DNA of 64,000 bases from an uncultured Nitrososphaerota archaeon. GTDB taxonomy: Archaea > Thermoproteota > Nitrososphaeria > Nitrososphaerales > Gagatemarchaeaceae. The stretch spans positions 128,001 through 192,000 of the forward strand of contig CAVRAG010000008.1 in assembly GCA_963718895.1 (NCBI GenBank). The letters are read 5' to 3'. Positions 22,603 to 31,620 of this stretch are shown one piece after another (within the stretch, counting starts at the first letter, position 1; the number at the start of each line of letters is the position of its first letter). The position numbers and the translations under genes are program-made. The notes below the pieces were generated by a model, which searched no databases, was not told the origin of the DNA, and worked only from the letters and a program-made list of their open reading frames with translations.

Positions 22603-23343
22603 GTGAGCGTCGTCGTAGTCGTCCCGACCTACAACGAGAAGGAGAACATCGGGCCGCTCTTCGAAAGGCTCGCCGCCATCAGGCCGACGCTCGGCGCCGA
22701 CCTGCACCTGCTGTTCGTCGACGACGGAAGCCCCGACGGGACCGGCGCGGAGATATCCAAGCTCGTGAGTGGACACGACTACGTGCACCTGCTCGAGAGG
22801 GAGGGCAAGATGGGACTGGGCACCGCTTACATCGACGGGTTCCGTCGCGCCATCGAGTGGCTCGACCCTGCCGTCTTCGTCCAGATGGACTCGGACCTTC
22901 AGCATCCGCCGGAGAGGGTGAAGCCACTCGTGGACGCGGTCAGGGAGGGCGCGGACGTCGCTGTCGGATCCAGGTACATAGAGGGAGGGTCCTTCGAAGG
23001 GCTCAAGGGGAGCAGGAAGATGGTGAGCAGGGGGGCGAACTGGCTCGCGAGGGCCGTGCTGGGGCTGCCGATCCACGACACTACGACCGGGTTCAAGGCG
23101 CTCAACCGGAGGGCGGTCGACGCGATCCTCGGTGTCAAGCTCTACTCCTCCGGGTTCATATTCCAGGTCGAGTCGCTCTACGTCTTCAAGCAGAACGGGA
23201 TGAAGATGGTCGAGATCCCGTTCGTCTTCGACCTGAGGGAGAGGGGGACCTCCAAGATGTCGGAGAAGGAGGAGTGGGAGTTCTTCCGGAGCGTCCTCTC
23301 AATGAGGTTCAGGGACTACAAGAAGCCAGGCTCGAAGGCCTGA
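22603..23343 (+). CDS. GT2 polyprenol-phosphate mannosyltransferase (DPM1-like)
   Basis: VVPTYNEKENI, VDDGSPDGT, MDSDLQHPPE, RERGTSKM. Confidence 0.92.
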   Translation: MSVVVVVPTYNEKENIGPLFERLAAIRPTLGADLHLLFVDDGSPDGTGAEISKLVSGHDYVHLLEREGKMGLGTAYIDGFRRAIEWLDPAVFVQMDSDLQHPPERVKPLVDAVREGADVAVGSRYIEGGSFEGLKGSRKMVSRGANWLARAVLGLPIHDTTTGFKALNRRAVDAILGVKLYSSGFIFQVESLYVFKQNGMKMVEIPFVFDLRERGTSKMSEKEEWEFFRSVLSMRFRDYKKPGSKA

Positions 23344-23347
23344 GATC

Positions 23348-23605
23348 TCAGGCGGTCTTGTTCTCGGTGGCCGGTGGTGCCGCCGCGGGCGGGGGCTGCG
23401 GGGCCTCCGCTATCGGCTCCGGGGGAGGCGTCGTGGCCATGGTCCAGCCTATCCAGGCCAGGATTCCGAGGAGTATGACCACCGCGAGGAAGGCCGTGAC
23501 CTCCAGGGTGATACTCGAGAAGAAGTAGAGCAGCAGGCCGTAGACAATTATCCCAAGAATGCTTCCGCCCAGAATCGCACCGCCGAGCGCCCTATCGTTG
23601 GCCAT
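23348..23605 (-). CDS. Small two-TM hypothetical membrane protein
   Basis: Two hydrophobic helices then WIGWTMATTPPPEPI. Confidence 0.8.
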   Translation of the reverse strand: MANDRALGGAILGGSILGIIVYGLLLYFFSSITLEVTAFLAVVILLGILAWIGWTMATTPPPEPIAEAPQPPPAAAPPATENKTA

Positions 23606-23722
23606 GTCGTCAGCCGAACTCCCCTGAGAGTCAGATTTAACGTTTTATTCCTTCGGATGTCTCGGCCGGGAAAAGAGACAGCAAGACAGAAATAGAAGGA
23701 TGGAGAGAGCGAAGTCGAAAAC

Positions 23723-23905
23723 ATGTCCGGTACAGCAGAAGAACAGGTCAAGGTCTTCCAAAGCTCGATATACGAGTGTGTCAGGTGCGGGACCAAGACC
23801 AGCCAGGAGGAGCTAAGCAACCTCCCCGAAGTGAAGTGCATCTGCGGATACAGGGTCTTCCGGAAGGTAAGACCGAGCGTCGTCAAGCAGATCAAGGCGA
23901 TCTAG
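23723..23905 (+). CDS. rpoP: RNA polymerase subunit P (Rpo12)
   Basis: YECVRCG...KCICGYRVFRKVRP..KAI. Confidence 0.9.
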   Translation: MSGTAEEQVKVFQSSIYECVRCGTKTSQEELSNLPEVKCICGYRVFRKVRPSVVKQIKAI

Positions 23906-24005
23906 GGCCTAGAGCCAGGTCCCCCGAAGGGAAGGGCGTGGGCATCCGCGGGCGAATCGAAGAAGAGATTTAAGACCATGGTCCAGGGCTTTTTCCCCGC
24001 AGCTC

Positions 24006-25505
24006 TTGTCAGACATTGAGAAGGCGGTCGCCAGGAACCCGGTATCGCCGCCGAAGGCCGCGACCTACGAGGAGGTGATGAACCTCGCCGCGCGAAGGGG
24101 CTATTTCTTCAGGTCCGCCGACTCGTACCCGAACGTACCGGCAGGTTTCTGGGACTACGGCCCCCTGGGCGTGCTGTTTAGGAACAGGTACGTCGACCTC
24201 TGGAGGAGGAGGCTCGTCAAGGCGGACGAGATGGTAGAGATAGACACGGCCCAGATACTCCCGAAGGCGGTCTTCGTCGCCTCCGGGCACCTCGCCAGCT
24301 TCAGCGACCCCGTCGTGGAGTGCTCCAACTGCCACGCGATCTACAGGGCGGACAAGCTCATCGAGGAGAAGATCAGGCGCGCGGTCCCCGAGGGGCTGCA
24401 GGACGCGGAGTACGACTCGCTCCTGACGGAGAACGCGGTCGTCTGCAGCAACTGCAAGAGGCCGCTCGCAGGGACCAGGCGGTTCAACATGATGTTCAGG
24501 GTCGGGATCGGGCCGCTGGGGGAGGAGGCATACCTCCGCCCAGAGACGTGCCAGGGCATATTCGTCGACGCCCCCTTCCTGTTCAAGACCCAGCGTATCA
24601 AGCTCCCGAAGGGATTCGCCCAGCTGGGCAAGAGCTTCAGGAACGAGATCGCCCCCCGCCAGGGGATACTGAGGCAGCGGGAGTTCTACCAGGCAGAGAT
24701 AGAGGTCCTCTTCAACCCACAGAGGGTCGACATGCCGAGGTTCGACGTGGCCCTCGGCTACAGCCTCAACATCTCCGAGGGAGAGTCCGAGGCGGCCCCT
24801 GTCACGGTCTCGGAGGCGATAGCGGCCGGGACCATACCCAACAAGCTAATCGGGTACTACCTCTACCTCATCCAGAGCTTCTACGAGAGCGCCGGGCTAC
24901 CTAGCGCGGGAATACGGCTCCGGAAGCTGGGCGAGAAGGAGAGGGCGTTCTACTCAGCGGTGGCGTTCGACCTCGAGGTGAAGACCACGGTGGGATGGCT
25001 GGAGCTCGTCGCGTGCAACTACAGGACCGACTACGACTTCAAGCGGCACGCCGAGGTGAGCAAGAGCGACTACTCCGTCGAGGACGAGGGCAAGAAGGTC
25101 GTCCCCCACGTCTTCGAGCTCTCGATGGGGATCGACAGGAGCCTCTACGCCCTGCTCGAGAGCGCCTACAGGGTCGATGAATCGAGGACCTTCCTCGCGA
25201 TCAAGCCCGGGCTAGCGCCGGTGCAGGTGGGGGTCTTCCCTCTGGTGTCCAAGGACGGGCTCCCGGAGAAGGCGTCGGAGATCTATGCGGCGCTGCGCAC
25301 GGAGATGGACGTCACCTACGACGAAGGGGGTTCGATAGGGAGGAGGTACGCCCGGTCGGACGAGGCCGGCATCCCGTTCTGCGTCACCGTCGACCGCGAG
25401 ACCCTGGAACAGGGGACGGTCACGGTCCGCATCCGGGACTCCAAGCACCAGGAGAAGGTGAAGGTCGCTGACCTCTCGGCCTGGCTCAGGTTCCGACTGG
25501 CCTAG
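24006..25505 (+). CDS. glyS: Glycyl-tRNA synthetase (homodimeric type)
   Basis: DYGPLG, YLRPETCQG, GKSFRNEI, REFYQAE, SIGRRYAR. Confidence 0.95.
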   Translation: MSDIEKAVARNPVSPPKAATYEEVMNLAARRGYFFRSADSYPNVPAGFWDYGPLGVLFRNRYVDLWRRRLVKADEMVEIDTAQILPKAVFVASGHLASFSDPVVECSNCHAIYRADKLIEEKIRRAVPEGLQDAEYDSLLTENAVVCSNCKRPLAGTRRFNMMFRVGIGPLGEEAYLRPETCQGIFVDAPFLFKTQRIKLPKGFAQLGKSFRNEIAPRQGILRQREFYQAEIEVLFNPQRVDMPRFDVALGYSLNISEGESEAAPVTVSEAIAAGTIPNKLIGYYLYLIQSFYESAGLPSAGIRLRKLGEKERAFYSAVAFDLEVKTTVGWLELVACNYRTDYDFKRHAEVSKSDYSVEDEGKKVVPHVFELSMGIDRSLYALLESAYRVDESRTFLAIKPGLAPVQVGVFPLVSKDGLPEKASEIYAALRTEMDVTYDEGGSIGRRYARSDEAGIPFCVTVDRETLEQGTVTVRIRDSKHQEKVKVADLSAWLRFRLA

Positions 25506-26321
25506 AAGACGAGCGCGAGAAGTGCCAGCGAGCCTGCGGCTCCGGCGACCGTCGCGATAAGGTTCACGATGTTGTTGTCGACGCTGGAGAGGCCCGATTG
25601 CTGCTTGGTCTCCTCGTTGCAGTGGTAGAAGTGCTCCGAGGGCTTTCCGCAGACGACGCAGACGGCCTTTCGTTGCAGCGTGGCGCCGACGACGCTGTCC
25701 ATGACCGAACCGATGACCCCGCCCGCCACGGCGACCACGAAGATCTCGAGAGGGGAGGCCGCGTCTATGACGCCGACCGTCGCCGCTATCGCCCCGATCA
25801 CCGAAGACGCGATCAGTGTGCCCAGAAGGCCGAGCCCGGTTACGCCGCCCAGACATCCCGGGCGACACCCGCAGGCTGGGCCGCGTTATCAGGCGGGGCT
25901 GCGACCGGCTCAGGAGACCAAGCTCGGTCGCGACCGTGTCCGATGCGGCGGCCGACATCGCACCCAGGTAAGCCACGGCGAAGACAGATCCACCGAAGAC
26001 CAGCTCGGTCAGTCCGAATACGGCCGCAAGGCCGCCGTTGGCCAGGATGTTCGGCCAGTTCCTGGCGCCCCCCTTCTCCTGGGCAGACCCGATGCTCTTC
26101 TTGTACTCGTACTTGAACCAGGTGAAGCCGACGCCGAGTATGAAGAAGGATGCGATTATCAGGAACCACCTCCAGCCTCCTCCCAGGAAGATGGCATAGC
26201 CCACGGCGACGCTCGCCAGGAAGCCTCCCCTGTCGAGGGCCCTGGCCCGTATGGCCACTAGGGCGAAGACCACGACGATGAGAAGCTCTCCCAGAGCCAG
26301 CATTACGTCCACCGGGAGCAA
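25502..26321 (-). CDS. DUF92/TMEM19-family membrane protein; frameshift near 25850
   Basis: GGARNWPNILANG, SDTVATELG, PGMSGGVT, DSVVGATLQ, DNNIVN. Confidence 0.88.
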
Positions 26322-26400
26322 TAGGGTCGGTGGCGCGTCCCTTCGATGTCTCTAAAAGGATTCCTCGGGGGTCACGGGTGCGGCCTGACGTGGGACAGGA

Positions 26401-27099
26401 CTACCTGAGCTCGGTCAGCGCCTTGAGCGATGAGATGATCTCATCCTCGTTGGCCGCGTTGGAGAGGGCGAAGATCAGCCCCTCCTTCTTGGCGAGCTCT
26501 ATGGCGAGCGGGTCGGTCTGGGTCGGGCCGTGGATTATCACCATCCTGGGCTTGAGCTGGGAGACCCTGACGGCGACCAGGGGACTCCTCCCAGCGCCCA
26601 CCTTGGTGAAAATGATGGCCCTCTCGGTCGTGGCCCCGAAGATCCTGTAGAAGTCGTAGCCCGAGAGCGCATAGATCGTCTTGATGCTGTCCACGACGGT
26701 GTAGCCGTACAGGCTCGTGCGGTCAGGGTCGCCGGAGAGGACCGTCCCCTTCACCGCCGCGAGCAGCGCGGCGGCCGAGATGGGACGAGTGAACTCGCTT
26801 ATGGCGAGTATCGCGGAGCTCTTCTCGGGGGTGAGAAGCCTCGACGCGACTCTCCCCTGGGCCTCGTCGAGTGCGACCAGGGCCTCGATGTACTTCCTCA
26901 CGAACATGACCCCCGGAGAGGGACGCCTGCCGCTCTCGTAGTCGCTCAGGACGGATGGAGAGAGCTTAAGGGCCCTCGCCAGCTGGACCTGTTTGACCGA
27001 GAGCTTCTCGCGCCAAACCCTCAGAGCCCTTCCAGGGTCCGGACTCGCCACCACCTCCCCTGCTATCTTGATCAGCGATTCCTGGCGGCTCGATTCCAA
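26401..27099 (-). CDS. HTH (XRE) transcriptional regulator with DRTGG-like C-terminal domain
   Basis: KIAGEVV..PGRALRVWR..SPSVLSDYESGRR; FTKVGAGRSPLVAVRV. Confidence 0.88.
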   Translation of the reverse strand: MESSRQESLIKIAGEVVASPDPGRALRVWREKLSVKQVQLARALKLSPSVLSDYESGRRPSPGVMFVRKYIEALVALDEAQGRVASRLLTPEKSSAILAISEFTRPISAAALLAAVKGTVLSGDPDRTSLYGYTVVDSIKTIYALSGYDFYRIFGATTERAIIFTKVGAGRSPLVAVRVSQLKPRMVIIHGPTQTDPLAIELAKKEGLIFALSNAANEDEIISSLKALTELR

Positions 27100-27176
27100 G
27101 GTGCATGTTGTTTAGCGAACATGCTTTAAACATTTGCCGAACTTGGCAGCCGGCGGTCCGGCCCGCATGGCGCCGC

Positions 27177-27407
27177 TCACTTGACCTGGTCGAGGAGTCT
27201 TCTGAGCTCGGGGAGCATCTCTATCGGGAGCGAGACTCCCTTTTTCGTGGGTCCGGTGTACCTGACGCCCGTGAGGAAGAGCCTGATATCGACCCGCTTC
27301 TTGCCGTCGCGCCCGTCGAAAGTCGAGACTCTGACGACCGAAGAGTCCGTGAGCTTCACCTCGCCTATCGGCGTCGACTTGAATGATGATGTCTCTTCCT
27401 CGCTCAA
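27177..27407 (-). CDS. PC4/YdbC-like ssDNA-binding protein
   Basis: RVSTFDG..KKRVDIRLF....TGPTKKGVSLP matches the PC4 signature; TTG start after a TATA-like element. Confidence 0.85.
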   Translation of the reverse strand: MSEEETSSFKSTPIGEVKLTDSSVVRVSTFDGRDGKKRVDIRLFLTGVRYTGPTKKGVSLPIEMLPELRRLLDQVK

Positions 27408-27454
27408 CTGTGACGGCGACAAGCCGGGGAGGCCTGCGATATACTTTGCGCGAG

Positions 27455-28919
27455 TCACCGGCTCAGGGTGGGCACGAGCCTCCCGTCGAAGAACCGCCTG
27501 GTTATCCCGCTCGGAGGGGCGTCGAACTCGTCGACCGTCACGACCACGGGGAGGTTGTTGACGGCGTGGCCGAGCACAAGGCACATGCGGGGTGGAAGGG
27601 TCCTCACTATCGACTTCACCGTGTCCGTGTCGACCATCGAGGCCTGGGCCACCAGGTTCAGGTCGGCCTCGCTGGAGAAGTTGTAGAGGAAGATGTTGTC
27701 CGCCTGACGGTAGATCTCCTGCTTGATGGCGTCGGGCTGGTTGGTCACGAACGTCGTGAAGACCCCGAAGTGCCTCATCCTAGTGATCAGGTCCTCCCAG
27801 TAGGTCTCCCGGAGGTAGAGGTGCGCCTCCTCGGAGAGCAGAAAGACCGGCGGGATGGCCCTCTGTTCGAGCAGCTCGACGAGCTTGGAGAGCAGAAGCT
27901 CGACGGTCATCTTCCTGTTGAGCGGCGAGACCCTGCTGAGCGAGATCGACGAGCGCGCCTCCGTCGGGGTGCGAAGCGAAGAACTCGTCGAGACGGAACG
28001 CCTGCTCCGAGTCGGTGAAGAGTCCAGAGTTCGAGAGCGTATAGAAGCGCGCGTTCAGGGCGTCCCGCACGAACTCGTTGCATCTCCACTGCTGGATGTA
28101 CGTCCCGAGCGACTCCATCGAGAGGTCGTGCTTGGACTCCATCCCTTCCCAGATCCGCATGAACTCCCGCAGCGTCGTTCCCGGCATCTCGAGCGAGTGC
28201 TGGAGGAGGGAGGTGACCGCCCGGAGCCCCGCGCCACCGAGGCTGAACTTCAGGTCTCTTGCGGGCTTCCTTACGACGACCTTGTCGGCCACCCCGGTCT
28301 TCGTGCCGTCGGCCGTCAGGCCTATGGAGCCGTACTCGTCGTTGAGGTCGAATATTATGCAGTAGGCGCCGTGCTCGAGAAGGCCCCTCACCATCATCTT
28401 GGCGAGGTGCGACTTGCCGGACTCCTTCCTCCCTGTGATGATGGTTATCCTTCCGTCGAGGGCCTCGGCCGTCACTGAGAAGGAGGAGGCCCTGCCCGAC
28501 TTGCCTATCTTGATCTTCCGTAGGCCCCGGTTGCCCGCCGAATCGAGGATGTCGTTCACGTTTTGCCTCGTTATCTTCGAGGTGGTCCGTGAGGGTATCC
28601 AGTCGATCCGGGGGCTGTGCCGGCCGTGTTCCACGCTTCCCCTCGCCTTGCACTGCAGGAGCCTCATGTCGCGAATCTCCCTGGAGATGCTCCCGACGTC
28701 GGCCGGGTCCTCCGTAACGCCCTGGACCGACGAGAGGAGAACCTCCTCTCTCGCGACCTCTTCCATTATGCCGTCCACGTCCAGGTAGTTCTCGTCGATT
28801 ACCTGGAGGACAAGGCTCCTGTCCTTCTCAGTGACCATGAGATAGTCCCCCATCCTCACGTCCTCCGTCTGCGACGCGACCACGAGGATGTTCGGGCCTT
28901 CCTTCCTTAGAATCTTCAT
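27455..28919 (-). CDS. herA: HerA-family helicase/ATPase (HAS barrel); extra base at 27947
   Basis: Walker A GRKESGKS, IFDLNDEY, EEAHLY, RMRHFG..VTNQP. Confidence 0.88.
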
Positions 28920-28925
28920 CTCCGC

Positions 28926-29921
28926 TCAACCCGAGTTGCTCAGTCCGCCCAGCGTGATGCGCCGCAGCCCGAACGACCTCAGGCTCTTCAGCGAGTACCT
29001 GTCGGTGATGTACGCCTTGAGCGCCATGTCCTCGGACCTCGCGAAGACAGAGAGATGGTGCGCCACCCGAAGAGATTCGGGGTATCCGACGGTGAACGAG
29101 TCGTTGGAGAGAAGGGAGCCCAGTACCTGCGGGATGCGCCCGCGGCTCCGGGCGAGGTCGAGCCTGAAGACGAGCCCGTCCCTCGAGAACTTGGCGAGGA
29201 GTGTGTGCACCGGAGCGTCGTCGACCGACGAGTACGCCGGCCCCGCGGCTCTTGAGACCAGGGCGGATAGCCTGTTGGAAGATATGATCGCGCTCGACTT
29301 GGAGAAGCCTATCAGCGATGACTCCGATCCGTCGTCCCTGAACAGCGCCTCCGGGTACGAGTCGAGAGGGTGCTTCAGCGAACCGTCGGCCATCACAAGC
29401 ATCCTCCCGGGGAAGGATAGAAGGGAGGCCGAGATCCTCTTCTCGACAGTGTTCCGGATGATCCTCTCGGCTATGAGGTGGTCGGAGAGAGCGACTCTTA
29501 GCTCGTATCCCTCAAGCTTCGTCGGCAGCCCCAGCGACCCTGACGGGGAGAGGTGGACGACGATCGGGCCGATTCTGAAGTAACCCTGCACCGATCCCTG
29601 CGAGGCGAAGCAGACTGCGGCTCGGACCGCGTAGACCGCCCCGTCGGAGGTCTCTCCCAAGAGGATGCAGGACGAGTCCGTCGATGCTATTGTCACGGTC
29701 TCGGCCACGGGAACTATCGGTAGCGCCTCGCCCTCCAGGGAACCCTCCCACTCATCGAACGGGTACGAGTCTCTCCCGTCCATGTTGAACATGAAACGTC
29801 TCCCTACGAGCCGCTCGTGAATCACCTCCGCCGACGTCTGGAACTGCTCCCTGAACTCGGTTGCGAGCACGCTCAGGGCTTCCATGCTGACCACGGTGGC
29901 GACCTTCAGTTGAGTGTTCAT
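28926..29921 (-). CDS. nurA: NurA-family nuclease
   Basis: IASTDSS, MADGSL, IGFSKSS, GYPESLRVAHH; adjacent to herA. Confidence 0.8.
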   Translation of the reverse strand: MNTQLKVATVVSMEALSVLATEFREQFQTSAEVIHERLVGRRFMFNMDGRDSYPFDEWEGSLEGEALPIVPVAETVTIASTDSSCILLGETSDGAVYAVRAAVCFASQGSVQGYFRIGPIVVHLSPSGSLGLPTKLEGYELRVALSDHLIAERIIRNTVEKRISASLLSFPGRMLVMADGSLKHPLDSYPEALFRDDGSESSLIGFSKSSAIISSNRLSALVSRAAGPAYSSVDDAPVHTLLAKFSRDGLVFRLDLARSRGRIPQVLGSLLSNDSFTVGYPESLRVAHHLSVFARSEDMALKAYITDRYSLKSLRSFGLRRITLGGLSNSG

Positions 29922-30042
29922 GTTGCGCAACATGGGTAGGGCACGCTTGATTAATAAGTATTGCGCAACATGCGCTTGCGCAACATGGCGTTTCGGCTTC
30001 AAGCTTGATGAGTCTTAAATACGGCCGCCAAGATGCGCAACA
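29919..30042. promoter_or_regulatory. Array of TTGCGCAACATG operator-like repeats over divergent promoters
   Basis: Perfect palindrome CATGTTGCGCAACATG at 29919-29934; copies at 29961-29972 and 29976-29987; partial TGCGCAACA at 30034-30042; TATA-like boxes at about 29951-29958 and 30014-30020. Confidence 0.75.
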
Positions 30043-30064
30043 GGAACAACAGGGAGAGCCCGGT

Positions 30065-30493
30065 TTGTCTAGCGATCAGCAGCCGCCCTCGGTGACGGTG
30101 AAACTGAAGAGGGGTGCGTGGGAGATAGAGATTACCTCGCCGGCTGACAAGGTCCAGCAGGCGGTCGAGAGCGTCATCGCCGGGATGGCGTCGAAGGAGC
30201 AGGTGGCGATCTCCGGCTCGGAGGCTGGCGGCGAAGAGGGCGGGGAGAAGCGTTTCGAGACTTGCAGGGGCCTGATCCAGGTCATGTGGACGGAGGGCTG
30301 GTTCGGGACTCAGCGGTCGCTCTCGGAGGTCCACGAGGAGATGGCCAGAAGGGGGTATCACTACGACCGCACGGCGGTCTCGCACGCTCTCGTCGACCTC
30401 GTGCGAGAGGGGACCCTATTCAGGGATGGCACCATGAGGAACTACAGGTACGTCCAAAAGTATCCCTCGAAGCCTCAGACCGGCGGGGTCTGA
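30065..30493 (+). CDS. Small protein: N-terminal beta-hairpin/helix domain + winged-HTH
   Basis: VKLKRGAWEIEI..; WFGTQRSLSEVHEEMARRGYHYDRTAVSHALVDLVREG. Confidence 0.8.
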   Translation: MSSDQQPPSVTVKLKRGAWEIEITSPADKVQQAVESVIAGMASKEQVAISGSEAGGEEGGEKRFETCRGLIQVMWTEGWFGTQRSLSEVHEEMARRGYHYDRTAVSHALVDLVREGTLFRDGTMRNYRYVQKYPSKPQTGGV

Positions 30494-31002
30494 GTTCCCT
30501 TGGGGAACTTCTTCTGGAGTTGTGTGTGGAGCCAGTGAATTCCTGTCGTCGTGGCTCTGTACCTTCCGGCGCCGTCCGACTCCCTCCGCTCGACCGCGCC
30601 GACCTTGTTGAGTTCGGAGAGGCGAGACCCAATAGTCTTGGGGTTGAGCGACGTCGCCGTCTCGAGCTCCGAGACACTCATGTCCTCCCCGGCTCCCTTG
30701 CCTGAGAGGTGGGCGGCCCTGCCGGCGACAAGCTGCAGGAGTATCACGTCCTTGTCGCTGAGTTTCCTGTCCTGGACCCAGACCCGCGGCCCCTCCTCGG
30801 TGAAGCGTATGTAGTCCTTGAACATCTGGACGAGGTCGTTCAGTGAGTAGTTGACCGAGATGCTCTTGGCCAGGTCGATGTTGGGAATCTCTTTGCTGAT
30901 GAACTCGTGGAGCGAGCGGAAGACGACCTCCGGGGATCCGGAGAACTCGACCTTCACGTCGCCGTAGGCCACGGAGACGGAGAGCGGCTTTTCACTGGAC
31001 AA
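30475..31002 (-). CDS. Small protein: N-terminal beta-hairpin/helix domain + winged-HTH
   Basis: VSVAYGDVKVEFSG..; MSVSELETATSLNPKTIGSRLSEL. Confidence 0.8.
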   Translation of the reverse strand: MSSEKPLSVSVAYGDVKVEFSGSPEVVFRSLHEFISKEIPNIDLAKSISVNYSLNDLVQMFKDYIRFTEEGPRVWVQDRKLSDKDVILLQLVAGRAAHLSGKGAGEDMSVSELETATSLNPKTIGSRLSELNKVGAVERRESDGAGRYRATTTGIHWLHTQLQKKFPKGTQTPPV

Positions 31003-31044
31003 TGGCTAGGGATACCTCGTTCTGACGAGCAGTTCTGAGTCGGC

Positions 31045-31575
31045 TTAAATGTTTGCCGAGCTCGCTAGCTCAGAAGGAGGCTCCTCTGTCTCGGGGAGGA
31101 CGAGGACCTGCGAGGGCATCATCGAGGTCGACGTGGTGTACACGTATTCCCCGCCTTCACTCTTGAACCGTCGAATCTTCGAGGACTTTGCAAGTCTGAG
31201 GAGCGCGACAGCCACGGACTGCTTCGGGTAGTTCAGTCCGTACGACTGGAGGGCGTCTCTGACCTCCAGCAGTTTCCGAGGGTTCTTCCCCCACTGGTCC
31301 GCGAAGAACTTCGAGATGATGTCGCTGAGCGAATCTCCCTTCTCGACCGCAATGCTGGGAAGCTCGGCAGGGGAACGGACCTCGGACGATTGGGGGGCCG
31401 ACATCGGCTCTATGGGAGCGATGGCGTGCCTGACCTCGCTCCGACCCTCTGGGAACTTGCTCGCGATCTCCGGGATGAGCGCGATGGCCTCCCTGATCTG
31501 GCCCATGTCGGCCTCAATCTCGGCTTCGTTCTGGCCCGACCTGACTCTGATCTTGATTCGGTCCGAAGACAACAT
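31045..31575 (-). CDS. Small protein: N-terminal beta-hairpin/helix domain + winged-HTH
   Basis: IKIRVRSGQNEAEIEA..; PRKLLEVRDALQSYGLNYPKQSVAVALLRL. Confidence 0.8.
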   Translation of the reverse strand: MLSSDRIKIRVRSGQNEAEIEADMGQIREAIALIPEIASKFPEGRSEVRHAIAPIEPMSAPQSSEVRSPAELPSIAVEKGDSLSDIISKFFADQWGKNPRKLLEVRDALQSYGLNYPKQSVAVALLRLAKSSKIRRFKSEGGEYVYTTSTSMMPSQVLVLPETEEPPSELASSANI

Positions 31576-31620
31576 GGCTCGGCGGGGCCTCTGGGCTTGT
31601 AAGCTTTTTGGGGCTGGTTC

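Noticed and set aside
29919-29987. Repeats as a CRISPR mini-array
   Set aside because: Units are only 12-16 bp with irregular 3-26 bp spacing and no cas genes; they fit operator sites better.
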